Origin: Lingula anatina
Lineage: Eukaryota > Animalia > Brachiopoda
Assembly: GCA_051362555.1 (NCBI GenBank)
Contig: CM120646.1
Location: forward strand, 3,968,001 to 4,032,000
DNA length: 64,000 nucleotides
Direction of reading: 5' to 3'
A program made the position numbers and the translations under genes. The notes under the pieces are model-generated. The model was not told the DNA's origin. It saw nothing but the letters and a program-made list of their open reading frames with translations, and ran no database searches. This document shows, one piece after another, positions 28,578-41,600 of the stretch (within the stretch, counting starts at the first letter, position 1; every line of letters begins with the position of its first letter).

Positions 28578-31500
28578 AAAGAACCCTTCTAAATAATTCA
28601 CTTAATTCTTCTTTTATTCAACCAAGTTTTTTAATTTCTCCTCAACAGCAAAATGTGGTCCTTTCAACATCTCTGCATGTCACAAAATAAACTTTCAATA
28701 CAACATGCAACAATTCATAACCCTAAACTAACGATGTACATATCACAGTAAATAGTCAAATAATCAAACAAGTTCACTGAAATACAGCAGTGCTATATAC
28801 AGAATTAATAGAAAATACATACACATAAACTGTGATTATAAACTCCTCTTTATATAAAAATCTATATTTTACGAACTTAACGATATCTTTCCCTACATAA
28901 CACAAAATATGAATATTTGGCTATTGTAACAGATAAACCTTGTAAGCAGGTATATCACTTAAAGATGTTAACCTCAAAAGAAGTAGGGGTTTTTTAAATT
29001 AAATAAATAAATTAATAAAATCAACACCTAAAAGGCTAAAAATGTGTAATTCTAAAGACATAACTAAAGCCTAAAGCTGGATTTTTTCCATCTTGTCATC
29101 AAAACTGCAAACAGTGAGATGTTTTAACCAAAAATCTAAAAATCTATTCCCTGTTAAAATCTATCATTTTACAATTGGGCTGACTGTCAGTATGTCAAAG
29201 ATTACAACCCATCTCATGACACACAATTGTGCAGATCTTGAACTAATTTACAACACATAAACAAGTGTACTTTATTGAATGACTGGGGCATTACAGGCAC
29301 ATGCTATTGCTATTTTTTTATTATTTTGACAAAGAACATTTCTTTATAGGTCCAAAAGCACACTACCGAGTTACGAGCCTGAAAAACACCTTTCATAAAA
29401 AATTATCTGAAACTATCAAAGAGCAAATGCTACTTTTCCATCTACATGTTATTAATCAGATATTTTGGTGTTCTAATCGTACAGTGATTAGACAGTACAG
29501 ATATTAAACCTGTCATTTGCAATACAAAGTATTACTCTAAAATTACCACATATTACTTTTTGCACGGTCCTTTCTGAAGATGTGATGGGTCTGGTGTACT
29601 CTAACTTGAGGTAGATAAAGCCTCAGAAACATAAACATGGATTCAAGTGTTATCACATACAAGATGACATATTAGAAATTATTATCAAAAGACTAAATAA
29701 GAAAATTTTATCAGATTTATTCTACTAAGATATCTGCTTAACTTTGCTATATCTTCATCAAGAATTGTTAGACTGCAGTTTCACCACCTTTTAAATCAGA
29801 TTATGTTTAATCAAAAATTCTAAGAATCTAAAAAAACTGTTTCTTGGTGAATAAATGAGTAATACACCAGAAATATCATAGCATAAAGTTAACAATGCAC
29901 TTTGAGCTTGATATGGGTTGTTGGAATGATTGCTGACCCCATGAAAATATGGGAAATTATGGGCAATAAAATATTGACCTGAAGTGCAGAACATTTTCAA
30001 AAACAAGCAAAAATTTCCACTTTATCTTTGCCAGAAAATATCACATTACCAGCAGAAAAGTATTCCTTTTTCAAATTTGATAACAAAAAAGAAGTAATCT
30101 TTCTCCATACTAACACATTGTTACAGAGAAAACTCCCCAGAATTTAAATCAACATATACATTCAACCAAACAGAGATATGAATAGCCCTGTACACAATGA
30201 CCAGTATATATAGTTTTCCTGCTTTCAAAGTTGATTTCTCTGTTCTTCTGGCCTAGGGGAAATCACACTATTATCACTATCAACAAAACCCACGGTTACC
30301 ATTCACCATTTCAGCTGAGTATATAGAAAGACTCAAGTGACTTTTGCTGTCCTGTTTTTTTGCCTAAGGGTTCACCCTCTATTCAAACCACCTTAGGTTG
30401 ACAGACTCAAGCAAATCATTGCTCTTGGTACTAGTAATATTTTTCAGCCTTGAGCAGTCCTTATTCACAGCCACTTTCAGGCTAGTGAAAATGTGTTTCG
30501 ATTGCAATTTTCTACTCCACTGGTTGTTGTCATCACAATGTATACAATTACATCACCCAGGCCATCATTTCAAGGTAAAGTGGATTCGTCTGAATGAACA
30601 GCCATTCTTGTCGTCCCCTTGATCTCTGGGATAGATTTTGATCTCAGCGCCTATTTTTAGATTTTGTTCCGGTGCCCATTTTCCACTTCGCTGAACACGC
30701 TGACTTCTCGCCACAGGACAAATAAAAAACTCTTTTGCTATTAAATGTTTAGCTGTGTTTCTCAAGTTTTTTTCCAATATACATATAAACAATAATCAAC
30801 TTCATAATGGGTTTCCACTTCAGCAAATCAGTACATTTTTAATGACAATTATCCAATAAAAGCTCCTTTTGTGTAGAGAATCTATCAATATGTGTACCAA
30901 ACCAGTGAACTAGAAATTATTTCACATTTCACTCAATTTCTGTACTCCTTCAGCATTTAATGCAACAAATCATTATTTCAAAGTTCATGTATCAAGAATA
31001 CAGAAAATTCTCTTTCATGAGCAGTTTTTCACTTCAATGCTTTTTTCCCCATTTTGTGCTAGAATTGTGCATTTGAGAAATCCAGGAGAAAAAAATATCC
31101 ATTTCCAGGAATATTGAACAGCTCCATAAAATTTTCTAGGCAATTTCCTGGTGATCCTGTGCCCTTTAGTGAACTGTGCACGACATCTCCCTTGGCAGGA
31201 AAAGAAACAAATAGCAGTATATGGACATTGTTAAAAGAAAATATAATTACAATAATAATAATTTCTTGATTTATTGACAAAGACAAACCATAGGGCTGGC
31301 TACCTAAGGTTCTCTCAGTGGGATACTCAACCATTTTTTTTTATTCTATGTAGCATCAATGATAAGGGCTCCATTAGTTTTTCTAAATAAAGTGTGTGTG
31401 TGTGTGTGTGTGCGTGTGTGCATGTGCGTGTACGTTTATGTTTGTACTACTACATCACAATCATGAAAAGTATATATATAATTAAGAGATAAGAAATCAC

Positions 31501-32579
31501 TGTCTTGTCTTTTGAAACTACGATATTTGTAATTAATCCTATGACCAGTGTTTAAATATATTTATTTTAAGTTAGAGAAGACCTGTTTACTAACCACTAC
31601 ATCTATAATTACCCTAATACCTGTATTTACAAATATATCAGTTTTGTAGGACCTGTTGATTATTATTTATTTATTTGTTTATTATTCCTGCAGGGCCTGT
31701 ATTGATGTGAATCACTGCTTTGAGAATTGTGATATCAATTTCAATTGCATCAATCATGTAGGACCTGCATTGGTGTGTATATAAATCCTATGGGACCTGT
31801 AGTTCATGTTATTTGCTAAGTGTAATGGCTCTGGTGGCAGATTGGAAGTGACCTCGGCACCAAGTTTATACCCATTGTGAACACATAATGTTTGAAATCA
31901 AAAGGTTCTGATCCTATCTATGACCTATCTGAAAATACACATTGGAAATAACTGATCCCTTGGTACTCAATCCAATAACAAAATCTATAACAGATATGTT
32001 TACAGCAATTCTGCTGGATGAAGAAATAAATATATATTACCCCCTGGGTGCCATAATGCAAGATCAATACATCTAAATATAATCTTGATCAAGGTTTAAT
32101 CAAAGGTACTTTTTATCTAAATGGACATTTAGATTTTTTTTATTTGTTTTAGTCTATCAATACAAGAATCACATGTAAAGATTATTTTTATGTACAGTAT
32201 AACGATGGTGATCTTTAAGCATATGAGATCTTGGGAGCATACACTACTTGAATTAGAAAACAAATGCAGTGATATATCTGTATGGGTAAGAAAGTGATTT
32301 CATGTGTATGAATCAATGTGGTAGGCTACAGAAAACTCTTATTTATTATCTACTTCTGTTTAAGTCAACTAAAATTAAAAATTCAAATAATTATAATAAT
32401 ATGTATTTATTTGCAACTTAAAAAGTTGGATTTTACAATAAAAACAAATAGTCGTGAGATGCACAATCTTAAATCAATTAACAAACATGCAAAAAATAAA
32501 ATGTGATAAAACAGACCAAAACAAGATGACAGACTTGAACCTACCTCTTATAATTTTCTCCAAAAATCTCTCCATCAAA

Positions 32580-32651
32580 TCAAACCTCTCTGATGATGGC
32601 ATGACACCCTGGCATGAGATGGTCAAAGAAGAAGGCAAGGTGTTTGGAAAC
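32580..32651 (-). CDS. DNAAF8: DNAAF8 last coding exon (VSKHLAFFFDHLMPGCHAIIREV*)
   Basis: Acceptor cctgcag, NDK-type C-terminal FF motif, TGA stop at 32582-32580. Confidence 0.78.
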   Translation of the reverse strand, partial: VSKHLAFFFDHLMPGCHAIIREV

Positions 32652-35600
32652 CTGCAGGAATAATAATCATCTCAAGATGTTACCCAACATCCACAATATA
32701 CTGGTAAGAATTAGTGTTACTTACATTCTGTCAAATAATCTGGGACTATGTATGTTATGGTTCATAACACAAATCAACATGTATTAATATCCATTAATTA
32801 TTTTATTTTTAATATTAACAATTGCCCTATCAATAATAATACTAGACATTGACATGATTTTGTTCATCTGGAAATAGGAATCAAAATACTATTATTCTAC
32901 TATTTCACTTGTAACCTTCATAATCTTGTCAATTTTTTTTCTCTAGAATGGGAACAGAGATTCTTAAAGAATTAAAAGCAGGAAACCTCCACTGCAATTC
33001 TCTCTAATTTTGATTATCTTACTCAAAATCCACTTAATATTTCTAACTGAATAAATAATTATACCTGACTAGTGTCCTTGGGTCTCATGATAAAATCTCC
33101 ATACTTCTTGTATATGGACTCTGAGGTATATGGACTAGAAGAAAAATGACATAACTTACGTAAAGTAGTATTTTTCAATTTATCATGAGAACACAGATGG
33201 GGCGGATGTAAAAAAGAAATTAAAATCTTATTGTTGGAATCAATCAATATCACTGAATTTGAATATTAGCAGCAAATGTTAATAGTGAAAAGCATAATTT
33301 CAATGCTTCTTTATCTAGGACTCCTGGACTGGGTTCCCACAGATTTAGATCGATCCATCTGGATTGACCTAACTACCAGGGGGTTCACGCTAAATTGCTA
33401 TCAGCTTCAGGGAGCCGAGCGCGCAAGAAAGTTAATTATCTCCTTACTGCTTTCAGTAGGCCAGACAGACTTTCAAGCCTATTAAGCTGACAACAATATA
33501 GTGAGACTCCCCAGGGGGATAGATCGATCTAAATATCTGTGGGAATGGTATCCTAGTTATAATATTTTTAATTTTTTCTCAGGCCAACAAAGCAGTGTCG
33601 TCCTTACCCTCCCAACAATACATCAAAAGCCATCACAGCATTGTCTCTCTGTACAGCTAATACTAGACTAGGACCTGATGTCAACATAGGAACCTGCAGC
33701 AGAAATAATGGAATATATATAATATTTGTTGTCTCTCTGTACAGCTAATACTAGACTAGGTCCAGATGTCAACATAGGAACCTGTAATAATGTAACATAT
33801 ATAATATTTGTTGTCTCTCTGTACAGCTAATACTAGACTAGGACCTGACGTCAACATAGGAACCTGCAGCAGAAATAATGTATATAACATTTGTATTTGT
33901 TACATTCTGTGATGGTACTTATTCAGTACCAGGTAACTGAATTAAGAATACTAAAATGTTTGAAAAAGTTACATTTTAAAATTATTTGTAAATAAACAAA
34001 TACACACATGCACATAAATGCACACGTACACATACATATACACATGCACAAGTACACACGCAACCATGTGCACACAAAACCACACACACTCACACACACA
34101 CACACACACACACACAGGCACATACACACACACACTCACCAGTTTATAACTGCCAGCATCACAGAGATGGAGATATTGCTGAGCCTGGTCCTGTGTGAAC
34201 CATATCAACTGCGCCCCACACACCTCAAACCTGAAATATCCCAACATGTAAAACAATATCAACTGTGCCCCACACACCTCAAACCTGAAATATACCAACA
34301 CTCTTTGCTAATGGGGACAGTTTCATCAAGAAAAAAGAAAAATACTGAATCAAAACTCAATTCAGATCTTTTTAGCATGTTCAACAACATCTTTCATCTG
34401 TTTAAATAAAGCCCTCCTAAATATTACTTATTTTGAAATTTCAAAGCTGGAAAAACACATGGTGTTCACTAATAAAATGAAAGAAACAACCGTTGCTTAC
34501 TGCTATTACAGACTCTTGCTGAATGTAATCATTTAAGCTGAATAAGACCTCCTCTTATTTCCAACATATCCATATAATCACCAGCTTTTCTATATTCTAC
34601 TTAAAGGCCTACTGTGCTCTAGGAACACATAGCGTTCACTGCTTTTTTTACAGTATAAAAACTATAAATCGACGTCAAAAAATTGTTCTTCTTAAGTTTT
34701 AGAGAGAAAAGATGAGATTTAGATGAGAAAATTCTGATTGGTCAGTTTCTAGTGACGTAACCTGGGTAGTAGCCTCAAAGCGCCACCACGCGGGAGTATC
34801 ATAAACTAAATTCACACCTGCATAAAATCGGCTTTAAAAACTAAATAAACGTAAGAACTTTTTTTTCATTACTCAAAAATGACTTTTGGGCACCTAATGG
34901 ATAGTTTTAACCCGTTTTTTCATCACAGTATACCTTTAATGCTAGGAGGAGACGTGTTATTCAGTTAAGCTGATTGCACTTAGCGAGAGTTCCCCCCCCC
35001 CCCCCCCCCCCAGAGTTGTATGCAGACAGATGGTGTCAATGGGAATGGGGCCTTAAAGTTAAGACCATCTTTCGACACAGGGACCTGTTAACTCACCCAA
35101 AAAGTCTGAAATCGGCCAATTGTCTGAAATATCTTGTCCCAGCTTTAAGTTCTTTTGAGACACAGGAACCAGTTAACTCACCCGTGTTTTAACATCTCCT
35201 CCACAATGTACACATATGCTGGCACACTGCTCCTCTTCTCTGTCTTCATCACAGCTGGGGTCAGGACCACACAGTTGGTCTGGGTTAACATGGTGATATG
35301 GCTGACCTGGACTGCTGGGGTAGTGCCTGGATTAAATGTGGGAGAAAATAGTGGTCATGTTCACAACAAGATTAAGTTAGAATACAGAGAGAGATTAGAT
35401 ATGTGGCTGACCTGGACTGCTAGGCTAGTGCCTGGATTAAATGTGGGAGAAAATAGTGGTTATGTTCACATCAAGACTAACTTAGATCAGGAGAGACTAA
35501 CATGACTGATCTGTACTACTGTGATTCTGGATATCATAGTAGAACATAACTTTTTTTCTATTTAAATAGAAATAAAAGACATCATTATTAAGTTCTGTAA

Positions 35601-38600
35601 TCAGAAATACCCTAAAAATTTACATTTTTATATCATTTCTTACTTACGTTCCAAAATTTAGACATCATATTTTAATATTATATTATATGTTAAAACATAT
35701 AACATAACATGTGTCTTATAAAGAAACTTCTAAGATTTAAAACAATTGTAGTCTCTTTCACCCTTTGTTTTGAGTGATCCCTAACTGACAGGTTAGGCTT
35801 TGTCATGACTGGAAGACCTGATTGAATAACATGGTTCCATTAGGAATAAGGTGCCCACTGTTTCTTCAAGTTTCTGCAACTGAAATTATGTAAACCACTT
35901 TATATTCTTTTGAAAAACTTGTCTACCTGTGTTTTTCTTGCTCCCAGCGTCTTCTACCTCATACAATTCTCCTACAGCAGAATTTGGATCCCTGAAGGTG
36001 ACCTCTCTGGTCTTGTCTAGTTTGATGCCAACACCCACATTGACCCCTGGGCAGCTAACCTGAAGAACAGAATGCTGGTGCTGCAGCTCAATTCAGTAAG
36101 TCCTTAATACTTACATGTTACCAAATAGCATTACAGTGATTCATATACATCTTACCAATACAGCAAAGGATGTACTGTTAAAAAACAAAACAAACAAACA
36201 AAAATTTAAGACGGAAGCAAACCAAGTAATCATACTATATATATTACCAAGAATGAATAATCTCTCATATTTTTCATTTATATAATAACTTTAGATGTGA
36301 TAGTGAAAAAATAATCATGAAAAATGAAAAGGCAAAGTAAATAAAGTAAAGAAAAGTGTCTAAGAAATATAGAGTGTTATGATTCTCCTGAACCTCATAC
36401 CTCATCTGCTTTAAGATCTGGAGTCTCAGAACAACACAAACCCTCTGGGAAGAACTGCTTCACATCGTGCATGGCATGTTGATAGTCTGCTGAGGCTAAT
36501 GATAGAGAAAAAGAATCAACATATTTTCTAACACAGGGACTGATTCCAATCAAACTAACTTCAATTTCTCTCACTAAATATTGAACACTGAACAATATCT
36601 CAATTAAAATTTTTAAAGCCATATGCATAAGCCATATATCTAAAAATGTCCCTTTTGCCCCCCCCCCCCCTCCCTCAAAACCATTAAACTTTTAATGCAT
36701 TACTTTTCAATTCATATTAACTGCTTCATTTCCTTACCATATATACCATTACAAACAGGGTCAACCCCAAATGTCCCTCTCCAATTAAAGATGCTCTGCC
36801 GCCGTGCCTGCTGGGGGTCTTCTGCACCAATCACATCCAAGAGTTTCTTGACGGCATTTTCACGTTGAACACACAGAATGAGGGAGGGGCCTGAGGTCAT
36901 GTGATCAACATGCATCTGGCGAACTATATCATTCTGAAAGGACAATTTATTCTTGTAATGTATCACTGACGCTGACTTTTTTTTTCATATTATGGTTACA
37001 TGGTCTTATGTTGTTTCAAAAGCTCACTTTTGATTGCAAGATTGTTAGAATATGCATTCAACAAAGCGCTACATAGTATAAACATCTTGGTCAATACAGT
37101 GAGGTGAAGAAAGAAAATAATAATGGAAAACAGTAAATCAACATGTAAACTGAAAATATGAGAGTAAAAAAATATTACAAGCAGGTATTGTACTCAAAAT
37201 GCCAACTTTAATTATTTCTGAATCAGTACATTTTACTTTGAGTTTTAAGACCTGTTTAGTGACTAAATTTGGCCACTCTGTCACCCACTGGCCATACTGG
37301 AATCTTGACCATACTACTACTCACATCTTCATACTGCGGCACCATCCCCCATGCCTCCTCCGTGGTCAACACTTTCATCTTCAGCCCCACAACAGTGAAC
37401 CTCTCATGGGTCACCTTCCTGAACACCTTACTCAGGTGTTTCCTCACGGCGTCCGGCTTGAAGATGAGGACACTGGTCAGGAGACGCGGTCCAGCCAGCA
37501 TGGTGCGGAATACGGACTCCTCTATGAAGTTGGCTGCCCAGTCTGGCTTGAGTTGCCGTCTTCTTCGTGTTTGGCTGAAAGATAATGCATTATCCCAGAA
37601 CTGACGCAAGATTTCAATAAACGAGGTGGTCTTATATAAAATAAGAAGATCCCACTAATCTTAGAGAATTAAGTTTGTGAAGCAGTCTGGTTTGAGTGTT
37701 CCTCCATATGATTGGCGTCTAAAGCTTTATCAAGGTTATGTGAGCAAGACTGAAACTAAGATGGTGATTAAATGGCAGGATCAGACCAGCATATAACCTC
37801 TAGGTACAGTTTAAACATCAAATACACTGCCAAAATAATTTTCTTACTGTCTTTATGTATAACATATTGTACAAAATTCACTGGCTAGAATTATATTGCT
37901 AACTTAAAGATAATAACTTTATAGCAGCTATAACCTTATGGACTCTAGAAATGACTCCTTCCACGTAAAATTGTCAAATGCACCCATCCAGTCTATTGTC
38001 AAAGTAAATTCCCATCAATCTATTTCTCTTCTAATCACTTCTAACTGACTCCGCCCTGAGGCCTACCTTTCATCAGACTGTCTAACAGGGGGCATGAAGT
38101 GTAACAAAGGACGAGAGTGAGGGTCAGGAAACAGCTCTAAATCCCTGAAGAACAGTGTCATCTGTCTGTATGCTATCTCTGGTGTCGGTGACATCAGCTT
38201 CTCCAGGGACAGCTGCTGCCCCCCAGTGGCTGTCGTCTGCTGTGTCTTTGAGCTGATAATGGAGGAGACCCTCTTGAAGGCGTTGATGCCTCGTAATAGC
38301 AGGACTACTGCAGGTTCTGATGGAATAATACAATTATTTGTTATTTTTATTGATAATCACAGTTTTTAATGATAATTCAAATGTTTAAAAAATTTTCAGG
38401 CAAAAAATTTAGCATTTTGAGTTATGGTTACAATAGAATATATGTCAATGGAAAATGAATGTACAATGCAATTTGTGGTTCAGCAATACCCCAATGAATC
38501 ATGCTACATACAAAATATCCAAACAAGTATTTTAGTTGATGCAAGTCTTACACAAATGTTTAAAACATTTTTGTTACAGGGCAAAAGGGAAAAAATATGA

Positions 38601-41600
38601 AGCAAGATACATTGAAAAACCATCTACAGATACCTGAGGTCAGGGTATGAATACTTTTCTTCCACTGTTTATCCCCCACTTCATATGGCGTCAGCTCTTT
38701 GGCCTGGTTAATACTGAGGCTAGGCAGCCATTTTATCCCCAGCAGTTCAAACCCCTCCTGTGTTAGAGGGGCTGTGGGAAGTTTACTATAGGGGGCCATG
38801 TTGAGAAGTTTAGCTGAAAAAGGGATTAAAATGTTTCTTTTAAACAATGTGGAACCACATTACTTTTAGGTATGGAATATCCTTACATGCAGATAAACCT
38901 ATAAAACTTATATTTCTATCCATACAAAGTTAAATCACCTGATTTGCATATAAAAATTGTGATATCTATTTTCACAAAATTAAACTGAATCATAAATTTT
39001 TTTGTGACCTAAAACAAACAAAATAAATTAATTCACAGAACCAAGTATACGTTCAATATCAAAACTAGACATACAACAGACTTATAACTACACCATAGAC
39101 TCTGAACACACACTTAAACCCTGCCACATTACCTAAGAACAGGCCAGAGGTCCTCATGTGCAGGTGTCCTGTCAGAGTGAGGACCACAATCTGTTCTATT
39201 TCTGGGTTAGTGTACAGTTCTGGAGCTATGTAGCTGGGACAGGTTATCTCTATGTCTGGTACCTAAGATGATAGGATAAAATACAAAATGTTTAATGAAT
39301 AAGTGACCCCCCAAAAAATGGATAAACAAGCAAATGAATGAATGAATGAATGAAATAATGAACAAAGGAATGATCCAACAATTCAATGAACAAATGAATG
39401 ATTACAGAATTATCTGCTTAAAAGGTCTACTAAAGTCATCCCAAGCAAGAGGGATAAACTGAAAACTAAAAGGTCAAGGGTCAAAGGTCATACCCTGCTA
39501 AAGTCTCCGCCCAGTAGGTGGAGCAAGCTGTCAGTGTAGCCAGTGTACTGGAATAGCAGACTGGAGGTCAGGGGATGGGGTGTGCTGGACTGGACTGAAC
39601 CTGGAATATAGGACAAAGGTCAGAGGTCATAGGCTATATATATGAAGCAAGCCGATTCCCTATAAAGCATTTAAACCACTATTATTAGTTTCTTATATGA
39701 CTCAAATGAAGTAGACATGCCAAGGCAAAAACCAAATTAATCACTCAATCAGCCATAAAAGAGCTTTAAAATTGCACCTTCTTTACATTCACCTACTTAT
39801 CCATACCACCAGTACATATATTAACATACAAACAAATTACTATCTTATAAATGTCAGAAGCCTTGAAAGCTCATCTGTTTGGCAAATTTTTGTTGGTAAC
39901 CTTCAGAGATTTTACAACAATAAATATTAAAAGACCACTTTTAACTGATTTTTATTTCCATCTTAAAAATATACTAGAATATCTGCCATATTTACCTAGG
40001 ACTCCTTTCAGACACAACTGTACCATAAAAGCCTCGATGAGACTTGGGGCGCTGTGCAGGGCGTTCTCCTTCTGAAGTAACAACACAGTGCATGGCATGC
40101 TGGGTTCACCAGCGTCCTGTGGGGAACTGCTCCTCTGCTCAAGGAATACATCGTCAAATGATACTGGGGATTGGGGAGACCTGGGTCCCTCTGCACTGAA
40201 GATACTGAGGGCTTTGCCAGTTACTCCTGGATAAATATATGAAAATTAAGAAACCGTGAACCTAAATAAGATATTATAGGCAAAAAGCAAGATTAGTGAA
40301 ATATTTACAATTTCAGTTACTATGTTCAAGTTTTTTGCATGTTCATCAGTATTTATTATTTAATTTGTTATCTATGACCCATAATTTTGCTGAGGTAATA
40401 ACTTTTAAGTACTTTTCCAAATGACACTGTTATTTCCATTATAAACTAACACAATATTGGGAAAAACAAATCGTACAGAGAATTTCTGAATCTGATTCAG
40501 TATTTCTGTATAACATGTTGATGTAATACGTACTATTGTATCACATTTTGACTCAATTAATATGATTAACAATAATATGCTAATAACTACTCACACATTA
40601 TAAACTTTTTAATTTCTCCATTTTTTTTCATTCTTTTCTACAAGATTAATGGCAATATACTTACCTAAACTACTGGCCCTCTTTGTATTCAGTCTCATCC
40701 TCCTCACACCCCTCAGCTGATACCCTCGCCTCTGACATGTTGCCATGACAACACCAAGACACTTGACAGGCAGTAATGGTGACACTGTCAAAAAGATGTC
40801 ACTCGTAACTGTGGCAGTGAGAGTCGCAGGTGGTCGACGACTTGGAAACACTGCTTCAGCCTGGTGAGATGATTCCGTGTGAAAACTAACTCTTTTCCCC
40901 TTGCCCCCTTTAGGGCTCCCACTACGGTGTCGCTCCTTCCGATTTGGCATCGCACCAACATCAATGACACCACTAGGGGGCACTCTACCTCCAAACCACC
41001 TGGCCAGCTCTGTCTGAATTCTGGCGGGGTTCCTGGGACAGAACAAAAGGCACTCTTCCCGCGACTCTCCTCCATATAAGGCACAAAGTGAGTTCGGATC
41101 CGTCCTTCTTGCCAAGGCCGGATCCGATGGACCCACGGCATCTAGCCAAATAGACCTTGCAAATGTCCCGCGAAGTGCAATGGCGAGAATGGGCCCGACG
41201 CTGTTCAGGAATTCTGTGTTGGACTGGGGCGGTGCATTCCCATTGAAGGATGATATGCGGGGAGATTCGAGACTGAGAAGCTGTACGGAGGGATATAAAA
41301 GACGGATGCCTGATATGTCAAAACCTTCTTGGAGAACACGACTCAGGATACCCATCAGTGCTACAGGGTTCTGGAATACAGATACATGAAGTAATTATAT
41401 TGAAATAATAAGAATTATCACTATTATTATCCTTAGGTCAGAAACCTAATGTGCAATCTGGAACGCGGTTATCATGGAATTTTTTTTATTTTAAAAAGTC
41501 ATCCAACTGAATCCATATATAGTTAAAAATCATCAAATTTTATCACTGAACTTTAAAAATTAATGTCTATAGAGATGATAACCTCTTTGTTTCCTCATCA

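Noticed and set aside
33641-33880. Spaced direct repeats that look CRISPR-like
   Set aside because: Eukaryotic context, the repeats are copies of an exon junction, the spacers are related to each other, and there are no cas genes.
35760-35879. Possible extra DNAAF8 exon after an acceptor at 35880
   Set aside because: Stops occur in all three phases, and exon 22 joins exon 23 in frame without it. An alternative terminal exon cannot be excluded.
37670-37749. Possible DNAAF8 exon upstream of exon 19
   Set aside because: The required phase 2 hits TAG within ten codons.
40788-41389. Alternative-frame and antisense ORFs over DNAAF8 exon 13 (similar ones at 37199-37604, 47207-47626 and 54829-55461)
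   Set aside because: They are shadows of real GC-richer coding exons.
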